From Octopus sinensis (lineage: Eukaryota), in the NCBI RefSeq assembly GCF_006345805.1, contig NC_042997.1, positions 27,900,001-27,964,000 on the forward strand: a stretch of 64,000 nucleotides of DNA, written 5' to 3'. Shown piece after piece: positions 13,159 to 26,529 of the stretch. Both the position numbers and the translations under genes were made by a program. The number at the start of each line of letters is the position of its first letter. The stretch's first letter is position 1. The notes beneath the pieces were generated by a model. That model had not been told where the DNA came from, did no database searches, and worked only from the letters and a program-made list of their open reading frames with translations.

Positions 13159-14277
13159 GTATGTGTCTGATATTATATTTTGCCTTCTACTAAATGTGAC
13201 ATGTTAAACTTATACTACTACCTCTAAGATAATGCGAACACAATACTATTGAATTGTAGAATAGGAATTTTACACGGTTCAATGCCTCATATTGATTTCC
13301 ACTGGGAATTTTTGGAATGATATAGCATTAGGAAACTTCGTATGTCTTATAGTCTTCATGTCTGGTGTATTTCTGTAAAAGTAGTTGTTTAATTTTTTAG
13401 TATCATATTTTTAGTTTCTTTCCTTTTTTAATTTGCGACTTAGCATAAAAAATATTTAGTATTTTGAGATATTTCGGGGGAGGTATTTATGCATATGTAT
13501 GTGTATATGTTGCATACTTCTTTTGTGAATCAGTGATATAGATGTGTAGCAGAGTGGAAGCAAATTGTAAATATGTGGCTGTGGACTCAAATTTCAAATG
13601 TCTTCTTTCTTATAGGTTCGTAAATTTATGTATGTTTACATATATGAGTAGGGAATGTGATTGGCTCTTAAAGAATTACAAAAACAGAAAAAAACAATTA
13701 AAAACAAAATTGATGTATGCTTGGAAGTGCAGTGCGGTCAGAAACGGACATTTATCAGTAGAATTTAAAGTCAAGATTGGTAGGTTTTGAACATTATATT
13801 GGAAAAAGCGTATAGCTTAATATATACGTAAGTATATCCATTACTAATGGTAATTTAGTGAAATGCGTCATCAATTATTCACAGGATAACAGAATCCAGT
13901 ATTAAAGCAAATTTGGTTGTGAAGCCAAATAATTAATTCTCTTTTATATAATTTAAAACAAAACTTGAAGTTACAAAGTTAAAATGCAAAGATCTCAACA
14001 AGTGCTTGTGTGTAACTAAGTAAGTGCAAGTGAGAATAATCAGGGTTGATTGTTGTAGGTAGTTTTAATGTTAGAGAGAAAAAAATAATAAAAATACGAA
14101 AAAATCTAATGCAACATAGGCTTTCTTGGAAAAGTATAGGATCTAAATCCTAGAGTTGATACAGATGGGTGATAGACTGGACAAAAATAGGCATGTTAAA
14201 ATGAGAAAATATATTTCGAAATGTTTAAGATATTTGAATGAATGTATATTGTAGTGGTCGTGGATATATGTGAAGGA

Positions 14278-14452
14278 TCGTGGCTCAGTGGTTGGGTTAT
14301 TCGGCTTACAATCCTTGAGCAAGGCACATTATTTCATGTTGCTCTAGTCCACTCACTTTAAAAAAAAAATGTAGAACCTGTATTTCAAAGGCCCAGCCTT
14401 GTAACATTCTTTGTCACGCTGAATCTCCCTAAGAACTACGTTAATTTCACTT
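14278..14452 (+). mobile_element. Degenerate tRNA-derived SINE (family C)
   Basis: GTGGCTCAGTGGTT A-box-like head. The block CTGTATTTCAAAGG.CCAGCCTTGT...CTGAATCT.CC..AGAACTACGTTA is shared with 18401-18665. Confidence 0.6.
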
Positions 14453-14854
14453 GCACGTTGCTTTCAAGAGGAGCTAGGTGAGTGTTTATTCACGTGGCTC
14501 ATTAAAATAATCGTGCATGAATATGTAGGTGTATACAATAAGCATATTGATTGGTGCACATTAAAACGTATTTATCCATTCTTATGTTTGGTACGATATA
14601 CCCGCATTTAACTTATCTTGTTATAAATAGAGATGTCAAATCCTTGAGCTAACGAAGGTTATTTACGTCATATCTCGGGGCTACAAGTAATACCAAACGC
14701 AAGCAATTTCTTAAAGATGAGATCCAACAGTCCTCAAGAGAGAGCATATCGGTTATTTTATTTCGGAGTATACGATTTCTTAGAAACAGAATATGAAATC
14801 TTTACTTCTACTTATAGAACTTTTCGATCACCATTCATGGGAAGACAATGACTA

Positions 14855-14855
14855 T

Positions 14856-14892
<37 letters not shown>

Positions 14893-14908
14893 GATAATAA
14901 TAATGATG

Positions 14909-14951
<43 letters not shown>

Positions 14952-14970
14952 TAATAATTTTAATAATAAT
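14855..14970. repeat. (AAT)n microsatellite
   Basis: Direct inspection. Confidence 0.95.
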
Positions 14971-15013
14971 ATTCGAGTACTTTTTAAGTGACGTGATTAC
15001 ATACATATATATA

Positions 15014-15060
<47 letters not shown>

Positions 15061-17050
15061 CATGTATGTATGTATCTATCCATCTATATACGCACACACA
15101 CATATATATATAAACGAGTACTCTTGTGCATGTGTGTCTGTACGTGTGTGTATGCGTGTGAGTATGTGTGTGTGTGTGTGTGTGCGTGCGAATGTGTGTG
15201 TATTAGATTAACAACTTTCCAAACCAATGCATAACAGATAACCATTACGATAGCTGATGCTTCTCATCCCATCCCCAGTTTCAAGGTGCTTTCTACAGAA
15301 TATATCGACGGGAAAACTATTCCTTTTGTACGTGCATTAAAATTCGCCCACTCCGTATTCCCTTAGCTGTGTAAGCAATAGATAGCTTGCTGACTGAACG
15401 ACCCTTCATATTCAGCATGCCGATGAAGCCTTTATTTATTCTCAAATTATGCGTACAATAGTGATATTTTATCTCTACTGTGTGAAACAACACGTTCAGT
15501 TCCTTTCTACATATATGTCAGTGTTTTTGCAACAATATGTTCATTGATAAAACGTACCTGTGATTAATTCCTCGTCTCATTTTAACTTAAATGGAGTCCT
15601 TGAGTTAAGAAGAGGACATATAACTTGTCGTTCGAACTGCAAGAAATAACAGCCAAATCTCTCAGAAAAAAACCTCCCATTCCTTGAAAAAGGTGTAGTT
15701 CTATATATACAATACTGTAGACTGGTAATAGCTAAAACACTAATCATCATATGTCAGCTTGATTAGAGCTGATCTCTGGATAAACAACGCCAAAATAAAG
15801 AACAATGGAGCAAAATATTTATAAAGGATTTATTTTTATCTTTTTCTTTTCATAATTTTTCCTTATCTTTAGTCTAGCTTTCTTAGCATGCTTAAGCATT
15901 CCAGTTCTATTAGAGTTTGTTAAATACTAAATATTACTGCCATCCACTCAGCTAAGTGATCATAAATCCAAATGAATATCCAGTTGAGGCTGATATTTCA
16001 TCGAAGCCTCACACATTTTTTTGGTTAGTTTATCTTAAATTTAAACATTCAAACGCAGGAAACGACATGTTTTATCTGTTTTAAATTAATATAATTTGAA
16101 AATAGTTTGTTTGGCACATAACTATTTATTTAGAAGCCTAACTCAAACCCTGTTTTCATTTTGTCGGTCAAAATGCTTTGCGGATACAAAGTTACGTCTC
16201 TTCATTATCTCAGTTTAATTCCTATTGATATCAACTTTGCCTCTACAGCATATCACCTCTACGGCATATTTAAATTAAACAACCAGTTTTGGTACAGGGT
16301 TTCTTAGTATTGAATCGCCTCCTTCCCTCCTCTCGAATTTGCTAGCCTAGAAACTATAGAATTATTTTAAAAAGTAACAACTATAAAAATTAATGAAATC
16401 AAAAGTAAATCTTATTTGGAGGACATTTTGCTTCAACTATCTTTATGCAAGAATATGACTAATGATTTTTCTTCTCTTCTCTACTGCGTGGAATCAATTC
16501 AATAAATTTCACTAAAGCTACATATGAACAGAAATATTTGCCAAGTCAATTATCGTTTATTCGACCGCAAAAGAAACTGTCGCAGGCTTAGACATTCATC
16601 ATCTATGTAGGTTTTCAGATTTGTGGTTACAAGAAATATTCCCGAATAAAAAAGTTCCTAAATGAATAGAAGAAATATAATTACCAATAAAAAGATTTAT
16701 ATGTTCTAAAAGAATCTATAATTCATTTTTGACAGCGGTGTATCTATCTTAATGTAAAGAATTGGCTATGAAATGAGGATGTAAACTATACAAAAAAATT
16801 TGTGGATGCCCTATTTGTCATGTACTAAAATATTTAAGTCTGTCTGAAATAAAGATGGTTACATAAATGGTGGAGTTAATTTAAATTATAACTTATGACA
16901 GAAATCGATAAGAAAGAAATTTATCTCTGAAAAAATTTTTAATTTGGTTTCATAGCTGACATAGATTTTTTTGGATTTAATAGCTGATATGCATTTTTAC
17001 TTATGTCTGTACAGGGTATAATCAATTCAAAGTTGTGCACTAAAAATAAA

Positions 17051-17948
17051 TATCGTGTTGAATCAAATGCTTTGCAATATTTTGGTAACATATTTGCTTT
17101 ATTCGTCATGTTACAAGAAAAACAGCCAAACATTCTATATAGAGGCCATCGTGATGCATTGTCAGAAGGCATCTTTCTGCCAGTTCTTTGATCCCATACT
17201 GATACCCATTTTTGTCCTTCGAGGAGAACTCCTTTAATGAAATTTCCATCTCATTCTGGTTGATGAAGCGTCGCGGGCGCAGGTCGTGAGCCATGATTCG
17301 GAACAAGTAATAATCTGAGGGAGCTATTTTTCCCGCAATTCCAGCGTGCAGAAGCAGTGGTAAAAACTCACGGAACCTGTCACCAAACATGGACGTTTCG
17401 AACATGAAAGTGATAGTATGCAACTGCTGGAAGTACGAGGGGATAATTTACTTCGAGTTCGTTATGGCCTATTGAACCATTGATGCCAGCCTGTATTCCG
17501 AACATTATTCCAAATGTATGTCGTTGTGCGGCAAAATATCTGGCATTGATTAAGAGAAAGCAAACTTATTTTGCAGGAAGACAACGCAAGAACTCCTAGC
17601 GCTCGATCGATCTGGAATACACTCCAAAAATCTGAGGGAACTGAACCGGTGATATCCAGAAGTGAGTCTGGACTTGATTCTTCAGATTATTACTTGCTCC
17701 GATCTATATTTCACATCCTCGCATGCGATGTTTCAGCATCCAAGAGCAAGTGGAAGTTTCAGTGAATGAGTTCTTCGCCTCGAAGGACTAGAACTGGAAT
17801 CAGAGTGGGATCAAATGTGGTTCCAGATAGTGCAAAATGATGGCATCTACTTTGAATGCTAGGCTCGTTTTGTTATTGACTTGACTAATAAAACAAATCA
17901 GTTACCAAAATATTGCAAAGCGTTTGGCATTACACAACAACTATTATA
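17051..17948. mobile_element. Mariner-derived element with transposase 3' ends in inverted orientation (long-arm foldback/MITE-like)
   Basis: Minus 17051-17335 encodes APSDYYLFR...KD..Y..GI..LAER....HDGLY. Plus 17340-17948 encodes KVIVC..W..EGII.F..., L(Q)EDNAR, SDYYLLRS and NDGIYFE. Both ends share AAA(T/C)GCTTTGCAATATTTTGGTAAC. Confidence 0.8.
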
Positions 17949-18240
17949 TTTAATGACATCTAGTTGCATTAATTATTGAAATGCAGTTTTCATTTTGGTT
18001 AAATTTTAACTAATTATTAAGTTTAAAAGACAATTTCGATATCTAGTTTAGTAACAATACATTTCTTCAAAATCTTTAATTGTGTCCCCTTATATATGGA
18101 AAGGTAATCAATATTTCACTAAATATACGATTATTCAATAAGTGAATCCAGTAACATCTCTCTTTATCTATATTTATTAACATCAGCTTTCATAATTTGC
18201 ACAACTACCCACTTGCATCGATAAAAAGATTTTCAAACAC

Positions 18241-18289
<49 letters not shown>

Positions 18290-18339
18290 CATACACACAC
18301 ACACACTCACATACATACATACACATAATTCCCATGTAG

Positions 18340-18372
<33 letters not shown>

Positions 18373-18400
18373 GTATGTGTGTGTGTGTGTGTGTGTGTGT

Positions 18401-18790
18401 GAGGCGCAATGGCCTATGGGTTAGGGCAGCCGACTTGCAGTCATAGGAACGTGGTTTTGAGTCCCAGACTGGGCGTTGTGAGTGTTTATTGAGAGAAAAC
18501 ATTTGAAGCTCCACGAAACTCCGGCAGGGGGTGGTGGCGAACCATGCTGTACGCTTTCACCACAACTTTCTCTGACTGTTTCTTCCTGTATCTGTTGAAC
18601 TGTATTTCAAAGGGCCAGCCTTGTCACACTCTCCGTCACTCTGAATCTACCCGAGAACTACGTTAGTAGTTAGTATATATGTATCGGCACTCTGTCGGTT
18701 ACGACGACGAGGGTTCTTGGTGATCCAATCAACGGAACAGCCTACTCGTGAAAGTAACCTGTAAGTGGCTGAGCACTCCAGAGACACGTA
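18401..18790 (+). mobile_element. tRNA-derived SINE (family C) after a (CA)/(TG) microsatellite
   Basis: Head GAGGCGCAATGGCCTATGGGTTAGGGCAGCCGAC...GGTTTTGAGTCCC carries A/B-box-like motifs. Confidence 0.65.
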
Positions 18791-19467
18791 TGTCTACATG
18801 CATAGAATTTTGTGTATATATACCTATATGCATATATATGTGTGTGTGTGTTTGTGCTTCTGTGTATATATAAGATTTATATTTTTATTTATCTATACCA
18901 CATAAGTGATGGAAATTAACACCAATTGACAAAATATTTCTCATTATAGCAATCAAGATGCGTTTTACTATAAATATCATAAGATGGTTATTCGAACCAG
19001 CATGTGAGTAAAGCTAAGTAAACACCGACGAGAATTACGGACTGCTGAAAGCCAACAAGATTTAGATCAGCATAGTAGTAACAAAACCATGAGTATATCT
19101 CCTGTATCACACGAGTTTTATGGCGTCGAATGTTTGAATGTCTCCAGCGTAGAATTTTAGTTTGTTATCGCATATATTCCGATATAGCGCCCATCATAAA
19201 ACTAACGTTACATGTTCCGAGCTGAAGTATAAATTGCTAAGCATATAATGAACGTACATTTATTTAAGTTTGGAATTCAATGCATTGTTACTCAGGGTTC
19301 TCCCACCGTTTAGCCGTGCTTCGTGGGACTTCTTCACTTCCGTATTCAGAAAACAGTGTGCAACCGCAGATATCATATCATAAGAAACGCATAATTCGCA
19401 GACACACACACAATTGCGCTGGAACTGGCAACCGACGTGCACACACACACATGCGCACGCAAGCATG

Positions 19468-19508
<41 letters not shown>

Positions 19509-19879
19509 ATGTATGACATATGTATCTACATATACAGAGTCAAGAGCAGAGAACTGTAAAAAAAGGGAGATAAATAGTTTCAATCCAATTTATACTATAT
19601 CACTAAATCTCACTGCTTGTCAGAATATTCAACAAAAAAACCTTCCAGCACATAACTTGTGTAACATTGGGAAGTGTTTCTTATAGCTTGAGCATAATTA
19701 CTGCCTGATGCTCCAATGCGTACATGGTTACAAGAGGGCCATCTGTAGTCACTGAATACTTACAAGATTGAATGTAGTGCTCATTGGTATCATACCGACA
19801 GCTGTGTAACCTTCGCCTATCAGAATTCATAAATACCTATTTTTGGAGTTAAGCAAGATTTGGATATCACATTATTTAC

Positions 19880-20019
19880 AATTGGCAGATATTTGTCCTC
19901 ATATTGCTTGTTGTTAACACAACGTTTCGGCTGATATATTCTCTAGCCTTCATCAGGTGTCTTGGGGAAATTTCGAACCTGGATTCTCATTCCTAAAGTA
20001 GTTTTCGATGTTGTTGTTG

Positions 20020-20056
<37 letters not shown>

Positions 20057-20149
20057 AGTCACTGTCTGGAATCGAACTCGGAATCTTGGGGTTAGTATCC
20101 CGCGCTCTTAACCACTACGCCTTATGTCTACGGGCATATGGCGTAGTGG
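19880..20149 (-). mobile_element. tRNA-headed SINE-like element ending in a hammerhead ribozyme, with an inverted head junction
   Basis: Minus strand order: GGCGTAGTGGTTAAG (A box, 20111-20121), GTTCGATTCC (B box, 20068-20077), (AAT)n/(AAC)n linker, hammerhead at 19916-19961. A hairpin spans 20112-20149. Confidence 0.75.
19916..19961 (-). ncRNA. Canonical minimal type I hammerhead ribozyme
   Basis: Reads GACAC-CUGAUGA-A-GGCU-(12 nt)-AGCC-GAAA-C-GUU-GUGUU. Stem I is 5 bp, stem II is 4 bp and stem III is the palindrome ACGU. Confidence 0.78.
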
Positions 20150-20572
20150 ATTCGTTTTATTGTGCAAGCCATGAAAAATATGAAATTAACAATTACCAGA
20201 GAGGGCAATGAAAACAATGCTTCCATAACATTTTCTGATCGTTTTTTTGTATTATAAGAATATATTGTAATTGCCAAACGCTATCAATCAGTGCAAAGTA
20301 CAATCCTTTGGTGTGTGATTATCACAAGAGATTATCAAATCGTTGTTCCCATAATAAAAATTTCAGCAATTGGCGATCAGTTAACCTTTACATATGCAGA
20401 AATTTAATTTATTGTTCTGATAAAATTTCCTCACAAAAAAATATGTATTGTGAAATATGGTAGTCATCTCCAGATAAAGGATTTGAAAGTATACATCTTA
20501 GGCTGAGATTATAAGCAAAGCAATCAGTTTTCCTCTTGTGTACATCTTTTAATATGTCACGTGTTCAAAAGG

Positions 20573-20760
20573 AGTGAGCTGGCAGGATCGTTTCGTGCCG
20601 GAGAAAATGCTAGGCATAATTTCCTCTGTCTTTATGTTCAGAGTTCAAATTCCGCCGAGGTGGACTTTGCATTTCATTCTTTCGGGCTCTATAAAATAAG
20701 AACCAGTCGAGCACTGGGATCGATGGAGTCTATTGACCCCCTCCATTGAAATTACTGGCC
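20573..20760 (+). mobile_element. Degenerate SINE (family A)
   Basis: Contains GAGTTCAAATTCCGCCGAGGTGGACTTTGC...TAAGAACCAGT...CACTGGGATCGATG, homologous to 29339-29566. Confidence 0.75.
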
Positions 20761-21029
20761 ATGTGCTAGAATGTGAAATCAGTATGTTCTATCTTCAAGA
20801 AATTCTAGTTGAAGATCTGAAAGAACAACCGTGATAGCCCAGGCAAGCGCATAAAACTTATGTAAAATGTCATTGAAATTCTAACATGATCTTAGAAGAT
20901 TTGAAACGAAATAGACCTATTTGCCCCTTCATTATATATTTTAGGGCAAAGAAAATAGTCACAATTTGTTTTAAGTGGAAATAAAAGCAAAAATGGTTTA
21001 TTTGTGCTCAAAAGCATTCACTGCATGAC

Positions 21030-21385
21030 AGAGCCAAATGTTTCTAGCAAGTGTCTACTGATGAATAGTGTGATGACATAAAAGTAATGAAACACTATGC
21101 GTTTTGTATATCTCATGTTGCCACAAATTTTGTAGAGTTGTTCAAGAAAGCCTTTCTCTGCACTACATATCTTACCAACAACAGATTCATTGTTTTTTTT
21201 CTTTTTTTTCATGACTGGTTCTAATACACATAACAGATCTAAATGTTTCTAGCAAGTGCCTGCTGATGACTGATGCAATGAAATAAAGCAATAAAACACT
21301 ACACGTTTTGTACATAGCATACTGCCACAGATTTTGTAGACATGTCCAACAAAACTTTCCTCTACACTTCATATTTTACCAACTG
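21030..21385. repeat. Diverged tandem duplication (~200-bp period)
   Basis: AAATGTTTCTAGCAAGTG...AAACACTA..CGTTTTGTA...GCCACA.ATTTTGTAGA...TTACCAAC occurs at ~21040 and ~21241. Confidence 0.85.
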
Positions 21386-24300
21386 CAGCGCTAATACATT
21401 TTTGACATTTACAAACCCGATTGTATTTAATAAATGTTTCCTCTTCCCCACCTTTGAAAAGTGGTTTTCACCGGTATTTCTTCAGAAGTTAGCATTAATT
21501 TCCCGACCGAACAATAGCAACACCGAATTGTCAGAAACATCTGTCAACTCAAGATCCGGAAACATGCAAATGAAAATAACATTCCTTAATAACTGGCGCA
21601 GGATGTTGCCTCCTATCTATTTCTTCGCCTCCCCTAAATAGCAATTGAGCTGAAAGACTAATATTATTGAATAAATCTGTTTTTCTGGATATATTTCTGC
21701 AGCTGCAGGTATCAATACAATTTTAATTAATTCACTGTGAGTAATTAGTTTCTTATTTAACACATTGGTTATTCTCAAAATAGGTTTAATTACATCTTCA
21801 TTATTAGCATGTATCTTAGTGAAAACAAGTATTCCAAGGAAATATTGTTTCCAACTTTTGTATTAGTTATACCGCAGCTTTCCGCTTAGAAGAAAACATT
21901 GTGTTGAATACTTTGTCTGATATTTTCTATAAAATTTATATTCCTTTTACACTACACTATTCTCACAGTGTGTTACACAAGATACATCATTAATACCTCG
22001 TTCTAAATATTTTGTTCACGACGTTATATTCCATATGTTGTAGTCATATATATATATATATGTATACATGTAGAAATACTTATGGCTCAAAGACACTCTG
22101 GTAATTTAGACAACTTTAATCTATTTCTCACCTAGAAAACCCAGCTTTACCCAATCTTGCCCTTGTTTCCATCCAACAGTTCCTGTACTAAACGGCTTGT
22201 CAATCTATGAATCTCTAGTATACCGAATGTGATAATTGATTGCAATGTGCTGCTGTTATTATCTATTATGAAAAGATATTCAGCTGACGGATACTATTCA
22301 CCTAGGGATGTACCTTATCCTCATTTTCATAATTAGAGACAGTGTCAATTGTAATGCAGCACAGCTGCAGAAAACTGCCAAGGTACTCTAGAAATATACA
22401 CTTAGCTCCACAAAATTTACTTAACACAACATAGAGGCAATGTCGTCCCGATCATTTATCACTTGTTCTGATAATCCTCCTCAATTTCTTAGATACAGAA
22501 GACTTAAGACCAAAGACACTTAATCCTCAAAGAGTAAGGCTAAAAACATTCTACGTGTTTCTTGACTCATATTTCCTTTCTAAAGATGACAAGGTGTGAA
22601 TAAAAAATGATTTGGCTTCAATTCCGTAAAAGCTACGATTCGTAAAAGCTGTCGCTGGTATTGCTTATCCTCAAAACAACACTTGGATGAAATCTAACTT
22701 AAAGGATTCCCATATTGTCTAACGATACGTGAGACTATATTATATAAAGTGACATTCTCATTATTTTTTATATTGATGAATCGTATATATAAATATGCAC
22801 GTTCTTAATTTCATTAACTCGTACGGCTTAATGGAATTCTGCGGGAATTTAAATCAAGACATGAACAGTCACATTAATAAAAGACTTTTGTCAAAAGTTA
22901 TGATATCTCTATCAAACAACAACAGCCTCAATGGGAATTATTAAACTCAATTGATGGTATTAGCTATTTGATTCATTGGAGACACTAAGACACATACTGA
23001 TGGGTAACATAATCCGTTTTCACACGTTTTGTCTTTCAGTATAGTTGCTGTCAAGTTAGTTCACTTGATTATATTGATATCAGGGATTAATGTGTTAGAA
23101 TCATTAATGCGTCGTATTGACTCGTTTATATTCTTATGAAACTAAGAGCACGAAAAATGTTGTACACCCTTTATCTTTCATATAAATTAACAGATAAGGA
23201 AATAACGGGAAACAACCAAATTATGAGGCTAAATAAATAAATAAAATCCTCTTTGCGTCAGTTTCCCCTGCTGGAAATAAATAACTAACTTGTCTCTATC
23301 AAAACATCCCAATATAAATAGAAGCCATTCTCCTTCAAAATCACACAGTGCTGTCCCGGGAAAAGAAAGAACACATTGGAAGATATAATATTACATCGCC
23401 GAAACGGTGGAATGGTCAGGATTCGATATGTCTAGTCATTGATCTGCTCAGTCAGGTTTGACCGCGCAATAAGAACAAAAATGGCAAGAAACTACATCTT
23501 TGTACTACGATATGGATATCATATTTGGAACAGACTGATATCCGATATGATGTGTGTTTACCTCTTTATATATACACAGGACCAAGGGCAAGATTAGACC
23601 TACTAAATTTCTTTCTAACGCAAGAACACTTTCTTATCTTTTGGGCTAATAGCGAAACATTTAAGTTTTAAAATTTTACAAAAAAAAAAAAATAAAGAAC
23701 ACACACTCACACACACAAGGAAATGTATACACTATGAATTGCAAATCCACATGCATATAATATACACATGCATATACACACGAATACGTACATATATACT
23801 GGTCCCGAAGAAACTTTAAAAGCCTTGAACTATATTTAAAATCTGTATGAAAAGCTTCGTTGTAGTCAGTATTCTCCTGCTGTTTATCGCTATAAGTAGT
23901 GACATTTTTGTAAATAAATTTAAGGCGTAAGAACCAATGTCTTCAAGCCGGATCTGACAAGTGTCACATCCCTATGGTTATATTTACGTATTAGTAATCA
24001 CAGAACGGAATATTTCACAGAAATTTCAATGAATAACATCTCTTTCAGTCATATATATTATGAATATATACTTTGATATATGTGTGTTTGCGTGTTTGCG
24101 AAACGCACGCACACACACACACACACACACACACATGCATGTATGTGCGTGTGTATATGTATATATGAGTGTGTGTATGTGTTCGTATGTGGTTATATAT
24201 TAATGTATATTTGTAAATGTACGAACAGATATCAATTATCTTCATCGTCGTCGTCGCTTTCATCATCATCATCATCATTATCATCATCAACATCATCATC

Positions 24301-24759
24301 ATTATCATCATCATAAATGTTTCTCTTCTATGATGGCATGTTTTACGCTCTTCTGCATGCCAATCGTCTTTATCATCTACGTTTGAAGGTCCAGCTGTAC
24401 GCGATCAGATACCACCCATTTTCTCTACATCTTTTTTTTTTCCTACTTATATAATTTCTTCTCTCCGCTGGGGGCATACAACACATTTTCAAACAGCAGT
24501 CATTGTCTAAACTTATTACGTGTTAGAAACGATGCATGGATGCCGAGTTTCTACATTATAAGATATGCGTCTATATCCAGCTGTATATATCCTCACTTAA
24601 ATCTACTATGTTGCTTATGCTAGTCAATATTGGACCTTACGTATTTCGTTTTCCCTCATTGTATGCCGATTTTCGACTCATTAGAAACAGCAATGATATT
24701 ACTCGAAAATATCACTCTACGTCTTGAGAAAAAGAAAGACGGACATAGTTTTGAATACT

Positions 24760-25169
24760 CTCTTTACTCTTTACTCTTTTACATGTTTCAGTCATTTGAC
24801 TGTGGCCATGCTGGAGCACCGCCTTTAATCGAGCAACTCGACCCCGGGACTTATTGTTTTTGTAAGCCCAGTACTTATTCTATCGGTCTCTTTTGCCGAA
24901 CCGCTAAGTAACGGGGACGTAAACACACCAGCATCGGTTGTCAAGCAATGCTAGGGGGATAAACACAGACACAAACACACACACGCATATATATATATAT
25001 ACATATATACGACGGGCTTCTTTCAGTTTCCGTCTACCAAATCCACTCACAAGGCATTGGTCAGCCCGGGGCTATAGTAGAAGACACTTGTCCAAGATGC
25101 CACGCAGTGGGACTGAACCCGGCACCATGTGGTAGGTTAGCAAGCTACTTACCACACAGCCACTCCTGC
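24760..25169 (-). mobile_element. tRNA-derived SINE (family B), full length
   Basis: Head GCAGGAGTGGCTGTGTGG...GGTTCAGTCCC, internal TA/TG tract, 3' GGCGGTGCTCCAGCATGGCCACAGTCAAATGACTGAAAC and (AGTAAAG)n tail. Confidence 0.9.
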
Positions 25170-26266
25170 ATTTAAAAAAGAAGTAGAGAATTTCTGAGCT
25201 GGAAGGCTTTTGATCATAAGATTACACTATTACAGCGGAATAGATGCAAAAACAATAAGGAACATGTTGCATACCATTATATAAACGTGTGTAATGTATT
25301 GATCGTAAACAGAACGTGAATTAGATCACGCAAAATTTCGTAACTTAAAAAAAAAAGTGCTTGCACTTGTTTGGAACTATTCTAAAAAGAAAATTCAGCA
25401 TTTATGCTAAAACACTCTACTGAAGCGATAGAGAATTTTGCGGAAATAATTAAATGGATGCATCTCATGCATGCTATTTGTAGTGGTAAATGCTTTGATT
25501 TAGTCTCTGCTGGTCAACTTGATGTCCGTCTGTACATTTTGCATAATCCATCGATATGCAATATTGATTTCTATTTACCATTCAGTGCATACTGTTTAAC
25601 GTCAGCATTTCATACAATATTATCTAAGTCTAGCTCCTCATACAATACCATAACTCGCTCTTCCTTAGACATTTGCACTCATTCATTTGTTAAACAACGG
25701 CAATTGCCATGAGTTCTGACTTCACAAATTTGCTTCAATAAGTACAACAAAGCCCATTCTGATGTGTTTATATTAGCAATATTTTCAAAGTAATATACTA
25801 AAGCACAATCGCTACACGAAGCCAAGATAAAATCTTTTGCATAAACAATACCCGGCAAAAGGTGCATTGTCACAACAAATCTCAGTATGGTCAAGATATC
25901 TCACTATCACTTGAAGCAATACACACACACACACACATACACACACATACACACACATACACACACATATACACGCACGCACACACATACACACATATAT
26001 ACTATACTACAATATAATATAGTATTTATTACAAGTTAAATTTATAGCTGCATATAGATTATTCTCATTCAATGCGCTACTTATGCATATAGCGGTTTAC
26101 TTGCTTGTATACCTTATAGTATTACTGGTTATGATATACAGACAAACGTAGGAAGAATTATGATTATCAAATGTATACATCATTTGTTCTTAACGTACTT
26201 TTCACTATTGGGTACATTAAAACCCTGCTTTCAACGTTCGAAGTGCTATTGGGTGCTTAACCATAA

Positions 26267-26299
26267 CAACAACAACAACAACACAACACCACCACCACC

Positions 26300-26331
<32 letters not shown>

Positions 26332-26332
26332 C

Positions 26333-26411
<79 letters not shown>

Positions 26412-26420
26412 TAGTAATAA
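26267..26420. repeat. Compound trinucleotide array (AAC)n-(CAC)n-(AAC)n-(AAT)n
   Basis: Direct inspection. Confidence 0.95.
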
Positions 26421-26469
26421 TGTTGCAGCCTGTGTTGATGTTGCTGCTGCCAATTTGACATCTACTCAC

Positions 26470-26529
26470 CTTACATTATTGGTTCTCGTTCTTTCACATC
26501 TGTAATCCCTTAGAAATTCCTGGAGACTG
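26470..26529 (-). CDS. Candidate 60-nt internal host exon (phase 2/2), SLQEFLRDYRCERTRTNNV
   Basis: Acceptor TCATTCTCTGTAG and a consensus donor AG|GTGAGT, with one open frame. No partner exons were identified. Confidence 0.3.
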
